Counted from the first letter of the stretch, positions 35,323 through 52,176 are shown. The stretch is DNA of 64,000 nucleotides from Deltaproteobacteria bacterium (GCA_028695735.1 JAQVIJ010000004.1:64671-128670), one strand, 5' to 3'. Notes: a model not told the origin generated them from the sequence alone. Numbers and translations are program-made.

Positions 35323-37640
35323 TGGATTGGTTTGCACATAGTGCCAATAAATTCGACCAGTTACATCCAACCCATAAGCATTTAACAAGTGTAGCAACCC
35401 TTGCTCATGGATTTTCCATGAACAGGTTATGGCGAGACGAGGCAACCCTTGCAGGTCTTCTCCATGACCTTGGCAAATATGCCGATCTTTTTCAGGCACG
35501 ACTACAAGGTAAAGTAACAGGATTAGATCACTGGTCTTCCGGTGCTTGGGTGGCCTTGAGCGAGTATCAGGCTGTTGCAGCGGCATTGGCAATCCAAGGA
35601 CACCACATAGGATTGCAGCAGGGGAATAGAGATGCTTTTCGTCAATTGAATCCTGATAAGCTTGCTCAGTGTCATCCCCTTAATTTGAAATTGAGCGATT
35701 CCAATCTTGATAACCTTAAATCCCGTGCCGCCACTGATGGACTATGTTTCATAAAACCAGAATATACTATTATCAATCCACGAGAAATTTTCAGCAAACC
35801 CATTCCCGACATGCTGGATGTCAGGATGCTTTTTTCCTGCCTTGTGGATGCCGATTTTTTGGACACGGAGGCCCATTTTAACGGTGATGAGCATGGTAAG
35901 CGTTACCGTGGAAAAGGGCCGTCGTTGAACGTCGGTGCGGCATTAAAAGTTCTTGCTGATTTCATGGCGACGACAGTCCGTAGCAATACCAAGGCCGAAC
36001 AGCATGTCTTGGATGCCAGAAACTCCCTTTGGGATATGACGACAACAGCGGCGATGCAACCCCCTGGAATCTTCACCCTGACCGCGCCGACCGGTAGCGG
36101 CAAGACATTGGCCATGCTCAATTTTGCCCTAAGACATGCGGCTTGTCATGGTTTGAAACGGATTATTCTTGCCGTGCCGTTTCTGTCTATCATTGAGCAG
36201 ACAGCGGCCATCTATAGGGCTGTATTTCATTCGTTCCCTGATAATTATGTGCTTGAACATCACAGCCTGGCGGGCTTGGGCAGCGAGGAGACCAAGACCG
36301 ACGCGGAAGCCGTTACCGAGCAGGCCCGGCGGTTGATGGCGGAAAATTGGGATGCGCCGATCATCGTCACTACCAATGTGCAGTTGCTTGAATCGCTTTT
36401 TTCCAACCGGCCTTCCGCTTGCCGCAAGCTGCATAACCTAATGGATTCGATCATCATGTTTGACGAGGCACAGACCATGCCCCAGTCACTGGCTGTCCCA
36501 ACCTTAGCGGCCTTATCGCATCTATCTGCCGCTTACAGGACAACGATTCTTTTTGCCACGGCCACTCAACCGGCTTTTGATGCCCTGGATAGAGCTGTGG
36601 CCGAGAAAGTGACGACGGGATGGAGGCCGGTTGAGATAGTGTCGGATCATGCCTCCCTCTACAGTATTGTTCGCCGTTACGAGGTCGTTTGGCCCCGTTT
36701 AAATGAAACAAAGGGATGGGAAACGCTTGCGGATGAAATACGCAATGAGGAGCAGGTACTCTGCGTGGTGAACCTGAAAAATCATGCTGCTGCTCTCCTG
36801 TCAGAGTTGCACAACGATCAAGACATTTTTCATCTTTCCACCAACCTCTGCGCCCTACATCGCCGGGCAGTGCTGGACGCAGTTCGTTGCCGGTTGCAGG
36901 ACAGACTGCCATGCCGTTTGATCTCCACCCAATGCGTGGAGGCTGGTGTGGATGTGGATTTCCCTGTGGTCTATCGCGCTTTGGCCCCACTCGATGCCAT
37001 AGCTCAGGCCGCTGGGCGTTGTAACCGAGAAGGGCGATTGACGGATACCAGCGGCAACCGGAGGCTGGGACAGGTGCGAGTGTTCGAGCCTGATGTGTCT
37101 GGTGATTTTCGGAAACGCTATCCGACTCACGCCTACTTCCAGGCGGCGGAGGTGATGAGGACCATGCTCATCGAAACGGGTGGAGCCGGGCTTGATCTGA
37201 ACGATTCGGCAGTGTTCCGCGACTATTACCATCGGCTCTATGATGTGAGTAAACCGGAAATCCAAAACCGGGAGCTTGCGGAAGCTATGGATGCTGTTGA
37301 TTTTGTTCGCGTGGATAAGGCATACCGCTTGATTGATCAGGCGGCAATCCAGGTGTTGGTACCCTATGCCCCATATGGTGCCCTATTTGAGGAATTGCTC
37401 CAGCAGCAGGATGAGGATGGGATCAGCAGTAAATGGATGCGACGGGCACAGGGATTGGCGGTCAGCATCCTCCGTCCCAGGCTGGGACATCCCGCCTGGG
37501 AGGTGTTGATCCCAGCAAAGTTGCGCTATGGCAAAGGGGTGTCGGACGAATGGTTCATCCTCGAAGACCGCTCGGGTGAACTGTACGACGATGTTTTCGG
37601 GCTGCGGTTGCCGCAGTCCCAACAAATTTTGATTGGCTGA
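35322..37640 (+). CDS. cas3: Cas3 HD nuclease-helicase, type I-C
   Basis: Own complete HD domain (GLLHDLGK, DHWSSGA, VDADFLDTE) and helicase motifs APTGSGKT and MFDEAQ. First gene of the cas operon. Confidence 0.9.
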   Translation: MDWFAHSANKFDQLHPTHKHLTSVATLAHGFSMNRLWRDEATLAGLLHDLGKYADLFQARLQGKVTGLDHWSSGAWVALSEYQAVAAALAIQGHHIGLQQGNRDAFRQLNPDKLAQCHPLNLKLSDSNLDNLKSRAATDGLCFIKPEYTIINPREIFSKPIPDMLDVRMLFSCLVDADFLDTEAHFNGDEHGKRYRGKGPSLNVGAALKVLADFMATTVRSNTKAEQHVLDARNSLWDMTTTAAMQPPGIFTLTAPTGSGKTLAMLNFALRHAACHGLKRIILAVPFLSIIEQTAAIYRAVFHSFPDNYVLEHHSLAGLGSEETKTDAEAVTEQARRLMAENWDAPIIVTTNVQLLESLFSNRPSACRKLHNLMDSIIMFDEAQTMPQSLAVPTLAALSHLSAAYRTTILFATATQPAFDALDRAVAEKVTTGWRPVEIVSDHASLYSIVRRYEVVWPRLNETKGWETLADEIRNEEQVLCVVNLKNHAAALLSELHNDQDIFHLSTNLCALHRRAVLDAVRCRLQDRLPCRLISTQCVEAGVDVDFPVVYRALAPLDAIAQAAGRCNREGRLTDTSGNRRLGQVRVFEPDVSGDFRKRYPTHAYFQAAEVMRTMLIETGGAGLDLNDSAVFRDYYHRLYDVSKPEIQNRELAEAMDAVDFVRVDKAYRLIDQAAIQVLVPYAPYGALFEELLQQQDEDGISSKWMRRAQGLAVSILRPRLGHPAWEVLIPAKLRYGKGVSDEWFILEDRSGELYDDVFGLRLPQSQQILIG

Positions 37641-37655
37641 CAAAGGAGGGAAAAT

Positions 37656-38420
37656 GTGAGTAAACGAACCCATACCATAGAAGTTTGGGGAGAACTGGCC
37701 TGTTTCACAAGGCCGGAAATGAAGGTGGAACGGTTCAGCTATCCGGTGATTACGCCGTCCGCCGCACGGGGGATATTCGATGCCATCTACTGGGAAGGGA
37801 TACGAGACACCCACAGGATCAAGCCCTATTTCCACTGGCAGATAGAGCGGATCGAGGTGCTGGAGATGCCGCGCTATATTGCTTTGAGGCGGAATGAGGT
37901 GAAGGACAAGGCCCCGGCCGACCGTACCATTAAGGCTTGGATGGATGGCAGGTCAGAGCCAGAACCAATTTGGGCGGATGGCGGCAAGGACGAACTGGGC
38001 ACTGATCAGAAGGGTCGTACCCAGCGGCAGACTATGGCTTTGAAGAATGTCCGTTACCGATTAACAGCCAAAATTATTCCCAAGGCACAATTCGCTGGGC
38101 CAGAATATTACAATAAATTTAATAGGATGTTCGAGCGTAGAGCCAGGCATGGCCAGTGTTTTCAGCAGCCTTACTTCGGGTGCCGGGAGTTTCCTGCCTT
38201 CTTCGAGTATGTCCAGCCGCAAGAGACGCGAAGGCCTCCGGCCCCCTTTGACCAGCATATCGGCTGGATGCTGTATGATGTTTTTGATCTACGGCGGGAA
38301 GTGGTCAAGGATGGCAAACCGTTTATTTCGCTCTTCGAAGCCACGGTGGTCAACGGTGTGCTGGAAGTCCCTGACTTTGAAAGTGACAAGGTGCGGAAGC
38401 CGGAAAAGGGAGGTGTCTGA
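37656..38420 (+). CDS. cas5: Cas5c (Cas5d) pre-crRNA endonuclease subunit
   Basis: GTG start after an aaggaggg SD. Contains IEVWGELACFTRPEMKVERFSYPVITPSAARGIFDAIYW, typical of type I-C Cas5. Confidence 0.9.
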   Translation: MSKRTHTIEVWGELACFTRPEMKVERFSYPVITPSAARGIFDAIYWEGIRDTHRIKPYFHWQIERIEVLEMPRYIALRRNEVKDKAPADRTIKAWMDGRSEPEPIWADGGKDELGTDQKGRTQRQTMALKNVRYRLTAKIIPKAQFAGPEYYNKFNRMFERRARHGQCFQQPYFGCREFPAFFEYVQPQETRRPPAPFDQHIGWMLYDVFDLRREVVKDGKPFISLFEATVVNGVLEVPDFESDKVRKPEKGGV

Positions 38421-40234
38421 TGCTGAATCAGCTTGTTGAATATGCCAAGAAAAATATTTCCGGCTCCGAGCCTGGTTTTACAACCCGTACAGTTCGGTGG
38501 CTTGTGGAGATTTCTGCGGCGGGCCAGTTCGTGAATATTTTACCCTTGGGGGAGGAGAAGAAGGGCGAGCAGACGTTAAAGTGTCCAGCAATGGATAACA
38601 TGAATGCCGGGGGGAGGGCGCATTTCCTTGTTGAAACGCTTCAAACCGTGGTTTTATTGTGTAAACCAAGTGAAAATGTAAACAATATCGCCAAGGCACA
38701 GAGGAAACACGCTTTTTTCGTAGAAATGATTAGGTTGGCAGCCAGCGAAACGCCATTGTTGTTACCATTGGCCAATTTTTTAGCCAATGGGGAGCAACTT
38801 GATCTTCTTCGTGAGCGGCTTGTTAAGGAGAAAGCTAAACCCACTGATTGGCTGAGATGGCGTATTGCAGGAACTGATCCTATGCAACAGCCAGCGGTGC
38901 TCGATTGGTGGAGAACATGGCGTGAGTCTGATCTCAAGGGAAAGAGCGAGGCAGAGGAGAAACCTAAGCGGGGGAAAAAAGTTGTTGAATCAGTAGAGGG
39001 TATCTCTTCTGGTGAAATGGTCTGTTTCTTGAGCGGCGAAAAGTTGGTGCCATTACTCACGCAGCCTAAAATTACAGGTCTTTCCGGCGTTGGTGGTTTA
39101 GGGACGGGTGATGTCATGGTCGGCTTCGACAAGGCGGCTTTTTGTTCTTTTGGCTTGGAGCAGGCAAGCAATGCTGCCATGGGCGAAAAGACGGTGAGTG
39201 AATATGTCGATGCTCTCAACCATTTGATAAAAAATCATTCCCGAAAATTGGCTAATGCCTTGGTCGTTTATTGGTACAAGGATAGCTTGGGAGGTAAGGA
39301 TGAGGATGATCTGCTCCATTTTTTGTTTGAACCTCCCGAGATTACTGAGGCCAGTGCCCGCCAGAGAGCCAGGCTCCTATTGGAATCAATTTTTTCTGGT
39401 AAGCGTCCTGATTTAGCCAACAATCGTTACTTCGCCATGACGATTTCAGGCGCATCGGGCCGGGTCATGGTCCGCGACTGGATGGAGGGGAGTTTTGAGG
39501 AATTGGCTGCAAGAATTGATAGATGGTTTTCTGATTTGGAGATTGTTACCAAAGATGGTGGCGGTTTGGCACGGGACCCGGGATTTAACAATGTTTGTGT
39601 CTCGTTAGTTCGCCGTGACGAAAACAGGTCCTTTTCTGAGAATTTAAAACGTTTACCTGCACCAACAGCAACCACTCTTTGGCGTGTCGCCCTGGCGGGT
39701 CTGCCGATTCCGCAACCCCTTATCGTTCAAGCCTTGGGCCGTTTCCGCGCCGACCTTATTGAGGACAAACCATTCAACCACGCCCGTATGGGCCTGATCA
39801 AAGCATACTTCATTCGTAAAGGAGGGAATCATAACATGACAGCCTATCTGAACAAGGAACATCCTGACCCCGCTTACCAGTGCGGACGTCTTCTGGCAAT
39901 GCTGGCCAGCCTGCAACGGTCCGCGCTGGGCGATGTCGGTGCTGGCGTGGTGCAACGCTATTATGTGGCGGCCAGCCAAACGCCTGGCCTTACCATTGGG
40001 CGGCTTATCGCTAACGCCAAGAACCATTTGAATAAATTGGAAGGCGGCCTTGCCTTCTGGTACGAAGGCCAGATCGCCGCCATCATGAGTCAGATTCAAG
40101 ACCGCATTCCGGCGACCCTTGATTTGGAGAAACAGAGTCTGTTCGCTCTTGGCTATTATCAGCAGATTGCCGCTAACCGGGCGGGAAAAAATAATAATGA
40201 AATCAACGAAATCAGCAAAGGAGACAACCAATGA
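38420..40234 (+). CDS. cas8c: Cas8c (Csd1) large subunit
   Basis: 604 aa, located between cas5c and cas7c, with the MLNQLVEYA.. start typical of Csd1. ATGA-type coupling to its neighbours. Confidence 0.85.
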   Translation: MLNQLVEYAKKNISGSEPGFTTRTVRWLVEISAAGQFVNILPLGEEKKGEQTLKCPAMDNMNAGGRAHFLVETLQTVVLLCKPSENVNNIAKAQRKHAFFVEMIRLAASETPLLLPLANFLANGEQLDLLRERLVKEKAKPTDWLRWRIAGTDPMQQPAVLDWWRTWRESDLKGKSEAEEKPKRGKKVVESVEGISSGEMVCFLSGEKLVPLLTQPKITGLSGVGGLGTGDVMVGFDKAAFCSFGLEQASNAAMGEKTVSEYVDALNHLIKNHSRKLANALVVYWYKDSLGGKDEDDLLHFLFEPPEITEASARQRARLLLESIFSGKRPDLANNRYFAMTISGASGRVMVRDWMEGSFEELAARIDRWFSDLEIVTKDGGGLARDPGFNNVCVSLVRRDENRSFSENLKRLPAPTATTLWRVALAGLPIPQPLIVQALGRFRADLIEDKPFNHARMGLIKAYFIRKGGNHNMTAYLNKEHPDPAYQCGRLLAMLASLQRSALGDVGAGVVQRYYVAASQTPGLTIGRLIANAKNHLNKLEGGLAFWYEGQIAAIMSQIQDRIPATLDLEKQSLFALGYYQQIAANRAGKNNNEINEISKGDNQ

Positions 40235-41187
40235 GCATTCAGAACCGCTACGAATTTCTTTACCTCTTCGACTGTGAAAACGGCAACCCGAATGGCGACC
40301 CGGATGCTGGCAACAGCCCTCGCATCGACCCGGAGGACATGCACGGTCTCGTTTCTGACGTGGCGCTTAAGCGTCGAGTGCGGAATTTTATACAGGAGAA
40401 ATTCGGCACCAACATTACGACAGCAGCACCAAATGCGATCTATGTGCAACATGCCACAAACTTGAATAAATACATCACAAAGGCACACGAAGAGACAGGC
40501 GGAAAGCCTGAAGGCGGTGGTAACCGTAACCAGGTTAGCAGCGCCCGAGACTGGATGTGCAAAACCTTCTTCGATGTCCGTGCCTTTGGCGCGGTCATGA
40601 GCACCGGTGCTAACGCCGGTCAGGTGCGTGGGCCGGTACAGTTCTCCTTTGCCCGTTCGGTTGATCCAATCCTTCCGCTGGACATTTCCATCACTCGCAT
40701 GGCAGTCGCGGAAAAAGTCAGTGGCGCTAAGACAGCGGCTGATTATGAGAAATGGGAGAATGAGCAGGAAGAAGATAAGCTTCGCACCATGGGCCGTAAG
40801 GCACTCATCCCCTATGGTCTTTATGTGGCCAAAGGCTTTATCAGTGCCAATCTCGCTAAAGGGACCGGATTTTCTGACAGTGACCTGAATAATTTATGGG
40901 AAGCACTCTTAAATATGTACGACCACGACCGTTCTGCCAGCAAGGGAATGATGTCCTGCCGTGGGCTGTATGTATTCAAGCATGTCGGCACCGACAGCGA
41001 CCCGAATCAGCGCGTTAAACAGGCCATGCTCGGCTGTGCTCCCGCTCACAAGCTGCTGGACAAGGGAGCCATTGTCGATATCGTCAGGAAATCGACCAGC
41101 TCGCCCCGAAGCTTCTTGGACTACGAGATTGTCGTTCATCGGGATCGGCTGCCGCCTGGGGTTGAACTGTTGTTGTTAACCCCGTGA
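40231..41187 (+). CDS. cas7: Cas7c (Csd2) backbone subunit
   Basis: [30 protein letters not shown] signature of type I-C Cas7. Confidence 0.9.
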   Translation: MSIQNRYEFLYLFDCENGNPNGDPDAGNSPRIDPEDMHGLVSDVALKRRVRNFIQEKFGTNITTAAPNAIYVQHATNLNKYITKAHEETGGKPEGGGNRNQVSSARDWMCKTFFDVRAFGAVMSTGANAGQVRGPVQFSFARSVDPILPLDISITRMAVAEKVSGAKTAADYEKWENEQEEDKLRTMGRKALIPYGLYVAKGFISANLAKGTGFSDSDLNNLWEALLNMYDHDRSASKGMMSCRGLYVFKHVGTDSDPNQRVKQAMLGCAPAHKLLDKGAIVDIVRKSTSSPRSFLDYEIVVHRDRLPPGVELLLLTP

Positions 41188-41894
41188 TGAAAAAATATAC
41201 AGAAGAAGAACTGCTCCCGCTTTCGCTCATTCAGCATCTTCTTTTTTGCAAACGGCGGGCAGCCTTGGTGCAGATCGAAGGTCTTTGGGAGGACAATCTC
41301 TTCACCATCGAAGGTACGCACCTCCATCAAAAGGTGGATGACGATTTACCTCCCGAGTCACGCGGTGACCTTCGCCTGACCAGGGGTCTCATGCTGCATT
41401 CGTTCAAGCTCGGTCTGTTCGGCAAGGCAGATGTGGTGGAATTTCACAGGGTAATCGAGAATGAAGCGGATTCGCGGTCAATATCAGGTGGTAAGGCCGC
41501 CGCTATCCCGTTGGTTGGTGTTAGCGGTCTGTGGCGGCCTTACCCGGTGGACTACAAGCGCGGCAGAATGCGGCACGAGGAGGGCTTCGAGGCCCAGCTC
41601 TGTGCCCAAGCCCTTTGCCTTGAGGAGATGCTGTGTGTGGCGGTACCGGAGGGAGCACTCTATTACGGTAAACCCCGTCGACGGTTGGCGGTGGTATTTG
41701 ATGACGCCTTGCGGGAAAAGACCCAGGAGGCCGCGCGGCGGCTGCATGAGTTGGTCGATAGCGGCCACACGCCTCAGGCGCGGTATGAAAAGAAATGCGA
41801 GAGCTGTTCCATGTTGTCTGTCTGCATGCCGAAAGTGACCGGGTCGCATCGGAGAGTGCAGGGATATATGGCCAAGGCCCTTACCCAGGACTGA
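41184..41894 (+). CDS. cas4: Cas4 RecB-like exonuclease
   Basis: [14 protein letters not shown], the [12 protein letters not shown] nuclease core, and C-terminal [10 protein letters not shown]. Confidence 0.9.
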   Translation: MMKKYTEEELLPLSLIQHLLFCKRRAALVQIEGLWEDNLFTIEGTHLHQKVDDDLPPESRGDLRLTRGLMLHSFKLGLFGKADVVEFHRVIENEADSRSISGGKAAAIPLVGVSGLWRPYPVDYKRGRMRHEEGFEAQLCAQALCLEEMLCVAVPEGALYYGKPRRRLAVVFDDALREKTQEAARRLHELVDSGHTPQARYEKKCESCSMLSVCMPKVTGSHRRVQGYMAKALTQD

Positions 41895-41901
41895 TGCGAT
41901 T

Positions 41902-42933
41902 ATGCGCCATCTACTAAATACCCTCTATGTGACTACCCAAAACGCCTATCTGGCGAGGGATGGTGAGACTGTGGCCGTGCGGGTTGGACACGAAACGCGG
42001 CTTCGGGTGCCGCTCCATACCTTGGGCGGGATTGTCTGCTTCGGCCAGGTTTCCTGTTCGCCGCCGCTCATGCAGCTTTGCGCCGAGCGCGGGGTGAAAA
42101 TCTCCTTTCTGAGTGAGAACGGCAGGTTTTGGGCAAGGGTTGAGGGACCGGTTTCGGGCAATGTGCTTCTGCGGCGGCAGCAATACAGGTGGGCTGACGA
42201 CCACGGACAATCGGCGAATATCGCCCGCGCCGTGGTCACCGCCAAAATCGCCAACCAGCGGGTTGTTCTTCTTCGCGCCCTGCGTGATCATCCGGAAATG
42301 GCGGCCAAAGCAGAGGTCAAGGCCGCTGTTGAGGAACTGGGGCGTACTTTAGTAATGCTCCAGAAGTCGTATTCGCTTGATAGCGTGCGGGGTATGGAGG
42401 GGGATGCGGCCCGGCGCTATTTCGGTGTGTTCGATCATCTTATCGTGGCTCGGAAAACAGAGTTTTTCTTTAAAGAACGGAGCAGACGACCGCCTCTCGA
42501 TAATATGAATGCACTGCTCTCTTTCCTCTATACCTTGCTGGTGCATGATATCCGTTCCGCGTTGGAGACGGTGGGGCTGGACCCGGCGGTTGGTTTTCTG
42601 CATCGTGACCGGCCGGGAAGGCCAGGTTTGGCTTTGGATCTCATGGAGGAATTGCGCCCCGTGCTTGCTGACCGGCTTGCCCTTTCTCTGGTCAACCGGC
42701 AGCAGGTTAAGGGAAAGGGTTTCAAGACCACGGAAACTGGTGCGGTGGTGATGAATGATGAAACCCGCAAGGAGGTATTGGTGGCTTATCAGAAAAGGAA
42801 ACAGGAGGAATTGCGGCATCCGTTCATTGATGAGAAGGTGGCGCTTGGTCTGCTGCCGTATGTGCAGGCTCTGCTGTTGAGCCGTTATTTGCGAGGTGAT
42901 CTGGATGGTTATCCGCCCTATCTCTGGAAGTAG
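41902..42933 (+). CDS. cas1: Cas1 integrase
   Basis: 343 aa. LNTLYVTTQNAYLARDGETV start, ..NALLSFLYTLL.. and GFLHRDRPGRPGLALDLMEELRP. Confidence 0.95.
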   Translation: MRHLLNTLYVTTQNAYLARDGETVAVRVGHETRLRVPLHTLGGIVCFGQVSCSPPLMQLCAERGVKISFLSENGRFWARVEGPVSGNVLLRRQQYRWADDHGQSANIARAVVTAKIANQRVVLLRALRDHPEMAAKAEVKAAVEELGRTLVMLQKSYSLDSVRGMEGDAARRYFGVFDHLIVARKTEFFFKERSRRPPLDNMNALLSFLYTLLVHDIRSALETVGLDPAVGFLHRDRPGRPGLALDLMEELRPVLADRLALSLVNRQQVKGKGFKTTETGAVVMNDETRKEVLVAYQKRKQEELRHPFIDEKVALGLLPYVQALLLSRYLRGDLDGYPPYLWK

Positions 42934-42942
42934 GAGGTCGGC

Positions 42943-43233
42943 ATGCTGGTGCTGGTGACCTATGATGTCAACACGGAAACTGCGGCAGGCCGCAAGCGTT
43001 TGCGCCGTGTGGCCAGAGCCTGCGAAAATTGTGGGCAAAGAGTACAGTTTTCGGTTTTTGAGTGTCTGGTAGACCCAGGTCAATGGTCTGCCTTGCGGGC
43101 TCGATTGATTGATGAAATTGACGAGGCCCATGACAGCTTGCGGTTTTATTTTCTCGGCAGCAATTGGAAACGGCGGGTGGAGCATGTGGGAGCAAAGCCT
43201 GGTTATGATCCGGAAGGCCCTCTCATTATATAA
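42943..43233 (+). CDS. cas2: Cas2
   Basis: 96 aa. MLVLVTYDVNTETAAGRKRLRRVARACENCGQRVQFSVFEC. Confidence 0.95.
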   Translation: MLVLVTYDVNTETAAGRKRLRRVARACENCGQRVQFSVFECLVDPGQWSALRARLIDEIDEAHDSLRFYFLGSNWKRRVEHVGAKPGYDPEGPLII

Positions 43234-43422
43234 AAAAAGGAGGTGTGCGAACCTGAAGCGGGCATGATTTCTTAGAACCTTTCGCAGGAAAGATAACCTG
43301 TTGTATTTATAGCATGAATGATTTTGCAGGTCTCATTAGATGCCTTTTGGCTGAAGCGTGTGCGATGTTGCGCGCTGGATGCTACGCTTTGTGTTGAAAT
43401 TGCAATATGTTTTTGATCTGCA
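43234..43422 (+). promoter_or_regulatory. CRISPR leader
   Basis: AT-rich 189 bp between the cas2 stop and the first repeat. The degenerate terminal repeat lies at the opposite end of the array. Confidence 0.6.
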
Positions 43423-49199
<5,777 letters not shown>

Positions 49200-49215
49200 A
49201 AATAAACAAACGATA

Positions 49216-49254
49216 GAAACAAGTAAGGGCGGTTAAACCGCCCTTACTTGTTTC
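49216..49254. terminator. Perfect 19-bp-arm palindromic hairpin between the array end and the convergent membrane-protein genes
   Basis: gaaacaagtaagggcggtt-a-aaccgcccttacttgtttc. Likely a bidirectional terminator. Confidence 0.6.
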
Positions 49255-49284
49255 ATGGCATGAATGTTATATGCAATTTCGGGA

Positions 49285-49674
49285 TTAGAACACGCCCAAC
49301 AGATTGAGTGCCAGGATCAACAAACCGGCTGATGCCACACGCTTTACTATCAATGGATTGACCTTTTTGGCGATCTTGGGCCCTATGTAACCGCCCAGAA
49401 TGGCTGCAGGAAACATTACGAGAAAGAGCCACAGGTCGAAGTTGCCGAACTGATAGTGCCTGACGGAGCCCATCAGGGTATTGAAGAAGATGGCCAGAAG
49501 CGAGCTGCCCACCACGATATACATGGGAAGTCTCATGGCCACGGTCATCAAGGGCACCATGAAGGGGCCGCCTCCGAATCCGAACATGGACGACATGATG
49601 GCTATCAAAAAACCACCGATGCAACCTACAACAAGATTGGCCTCAAATTCCTGTCCCCAAAATTCTACTTTCAT
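49285..49674 (-). CDS. TauE/SafE-family (sulfite exporter-like) half-size membrane protein, 4 TM
   Basis: 129 aa with FGFGGGPFMVPLM and GGYIGPKIAKKV motifs typical of one TauE repeat. Confidence 0.7.
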   Translation of the reverse strand: MKVEFWGQEFEANLVVGCIGGFLIAIMSSMFGFGGGPFMVPLMTVAMRLPMYIVVGSSLLAIFFNTLMGSVRHYQFGNFDLWLFLVMFPAAILGGYIGPKIAKKVNPLIVKRVASAGLLILALNLLGVF

Positions 49675-49701
49675 ATTCTATCTCCTTTTTTTCTAAAGTG
49701 A

Positions 49702-51006
49702 TTAGGCCTTGGCCTTTGCAGCCTCTTCAGCCCGTTTCTTGAATTCCTTCAAAATGGCCTGTTCTTTCTTGTTCTTTGCCAGATAGCCTGGAGTGGTCTG
49801 CCACACCATAAGGCCGGACAGGATAATGAGCACCCATCCAAACAGGAATTTGAATTGATCCAGTGTGATGAGCTCTGTCAGCTTGGGGCCGATGAAGCCG
49901 CCCACCAGCATGGCAATGCCTATGGCTATGCCTAGTTTCCAGTTGATGAATTTGATTTTAGAGTAGTTGGCTATGCCGGATGCCTGCGCAAAGAGGACGG
50001 TGGGCATGACGGTTCCTGCCACCACCGGATGCGGTATGGGGAAGAGGGAGATGAGTATTGGGTTCAATATGAAACCTCCACCTGCCCCCATGAGCACGCC
50101 GAATATGGAGATGACCAAGGTCAATAGGAACGGCCATATCAGATTGAGACTGGCGCCTGCATTGCTGAAGTACATGTTGGGGAATGTAATGATGTTTTCA
50201 AAGGTGGCCGGCTCTGAACGCAGCTTTTTGTCAACTGCTGCTACGACCTTGTAGTTACCTGGGGCCAGCCCCTCACGGATCTTGAGTTTTGCCGTGAAGG
50301 TGCCATCGGGTTTTATATCTACATCAGCGCCCAGCAGCTTGTCCACACTTCTAAACCTGGATTTCAAGAGTTGCATGGAACGCTTGCTGTTTTCTTTTGC
50401 ATCCATAGGTGGCAGAAGCTCCCCGCGTGAGCCGATGATACTGGCCAGGATGGTGGCCTTGTAGCGGTCTATTTTGATCTGTGCAGGGACTGAGTAGGCG
50501 GCATCCGCCCCGGTCTTCTTGAGGGCATCGGAGAAGGACCATTTCTTGCCCTCCTTCTTTACCTCTGCGATCTTGTCTTTCATTTCTTTTGGGGCAAATA
50601 TCTTGTAATAAGCCGGCATGTCTTCCGTGAGATACAGAATATAAGGGATCTTTCCTGTTTCCTTGTCCGGCTTCGAGTCAAAGAAATTGGCCTTGACCTT
50701 TTTGTCGGCAGACCAGACCTCAATATAGACCGGCTTGCCTGCAGGAGCCTTGCCTGTGACCGTTATCTCACCGCCGTTGTTCAGGCTGGTTTTGTCGATC
50801 TGAATGGTGACGGTTTCGGGTTTGGCCGCCTCTTGTGGAGCAGGGGCCTTTGTATCAGAGACCTGGGCTGTTTGGGCCTGCTGTTCGGCTGCAGGGGCCT
50901 GGGTTGAGGCGGGTTGGGCAGTGGAAGCTGCGTCCTGGGCCCAGACAGGGACCGTAAGGCACATGGACAGAATGAAACTCAGGAACATGGATTTGTTTTT
51001 TTTCAT
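49702..51006 (-). CDS. Exported ~270-aa domain fused to a TauE/SafE half (4 TM)
   Basis: Signal peptide MKKNKSMFLSFILSMCLTVPVWAQ and a Pro/Ala/Gln-rich linker. C-terminal GAGGGFILNPILISL and GGFIGPKLTE TauE-type motifs. Confidence 0.65.
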   Translation of the reverse strand: MKKNKSMFLSFILSMCLTVPVWAQDAASTAQPASTQAPAAEQQAQTAQVSDTKAPAPQEAAKPETVTIQIDKTSLNNGGEITVTGKAPAGKPVYIEVWSADKKVKANFFDSKPDKETGKIPYILYLTEDMPAYYKIFAPKEMKDKIAEVKKEGKKWSFSDALKKTGADAAYSVPAQIKIDRYKATILASIIGSRGELLPPMDAKENSKRSMQLLKSRFRSVDKLLGADVDIKPDGTFTAKLKIREGLAPGNYKVVAAVDKKLRSEPATFENIITFPNMYFSNAGASLNLIWPFLLTLVISIFGVLMGAGGGFILNPILISLFPIPHPVVAGTVMPTVLFAQASGIANYSKIKFINWKLGIAIGIAMLVGGFIGPKLTELITLDQFKFLFGWVLIILSGLMVWQTTPGYLAKNKKEQAILKEFKKRAEEAAKAKA

Positions 51007-51160
51007 TACTCCCTCCGGTTATGAGTGTTTGAAATGGAAGTGTTATAACTGAGTTAAGATGACGGATTATCTTTCATTGTGTTTTTGTATGTTCGGCTCT
51101 TGCGGTTCATCACCCCCTTTTTTTGATTTTGACCAGGCAAGCCATTGTATCATATGCAAA

Positions 51161-51862
51161 TTATACAGACAGTGCTATGCCGTGAATGGGTAGTGGTGCA
51201 TCGGAATGTATGTCTGACGGTACTTCGAGCTTGTTGGTGTCGCGAGTTATGGCATAGGTGATGTTGTCAAGGAGTATGGTGAAATCAGCATCTTTGACCT
51301 GAATGTCTTTTGGTGCAGTTACCAATGTGCTGGAAAAATTGAGAATGCCTTTTACACCGGCCCTGACAAAGGCATCGGCTGCCTGTTGGGTATGTTCGCT
51401 GTCAATGGCGATCACGCCCAGATCGATGGGATTGTTCTGCATGACTGTATCAAATTCATCTATGGAGTGGACTGTAAGTGAGTGAATGCGTTCACCGGCG
51501 TATCGGCCCGTTATGTCGAAGGCGGCGACGAGATTGTATCCGCGTTTTTCAAATTGTCTGTGCTGCAACATGGCGTATCCGATGTGATCCAGGCCGATCA
51601 GGGCCATATTCCAGCTCTTGCTGAGCCCCAGTATCTCCTGAATGCGCCGCATCAGCTTTTTTACCTCATAGCCCACACCCCTTACACCGAATTTACCGAA
51701 GTATGACAGGTCCTTTCTGAGCTGCGCAGAGTTGACGCGCGTGCCTTTGGCCAGTTCGGCCGAGGATACTGTGTGACAGCCTGCTCTGCAAAGCGTCTGG
51801 AGATAACGATAATAGAGTGTAAGCCGGAAAACGGTAGCCTTTGGAATTTTTGTTGTGTTCAA
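51161..51862 (-). CDS. rex: Redox-sensing transcriptional repressor Rex
   Basis: IPKATVFRLTLYYRYL..VSSAELA..VNSAQLRKDLSYFGKFGVRGVGYEV winged-helix region plus a Rossmann-like C-terminal domain. Confidence 0.85.
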   Translation of the reverse strand: MNTTKIPKATVFRLTLYYRYLQTLCRAGCHTVSSAELAKGTRVNSAQLRKDLSYFGKFGVRGVGYEVKKLMRRIQEILGLSKSWNMALIGLDHIGYAMLQHRQFEKRGYNLVAAFDITGRYAGERIHSLTVHSIDEFDTVMQNNPIDLGVIAIDSEHTQQAADAFVRAGVKGILNFSSTLVTAPKDIQVKDADFTILLDNITYAITRDTNKLEVPSDIHSDAPLPIHGIALSV

Positions 51863-52021
51863 TGTGCACCTCCTGTTTTTAGAGTGAACCTTGAAAAATT
51901 GCCCTTTCGACCGACAACTGTCTTTTCAAGGCCCCCCATATTATTTGAAAGATAACTGCAAAGGATATGCCATTGAACCTTACGAAAAAAAATGGTTGTT
52001 TTGAATGGAATTTCACTTGGT

Positions 52022-52039
52022 TTGTATTGAAAAATACAA
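52022..52039. promoter_or_regulatory. Candidate Rex-type operator (TTGT-N10-ACAA palindrome)
   Basis: ttgtattgaaaaatacaa sits within the perfect 8-4-8 palindrome 52021-52040, about 160 bp upstream of rex. It shares only the outer TTGT/ACAA half-site ends with the Rex box TTGTGAA-N4-TTCACAA. Confidence 0.2.
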
Positions 52040-52176
52040 ATTGGACGCTTCGAAAACCATAAATTGGTGCAACTAAAAAGTTGCATGCAACATCAATGTA
52101 TGCATTTTCACTATTAGGTTCCTTGAAAATAAACCACTACTGTTTTACACGCTGTTTTTCCAACACAGGCGTAGGC

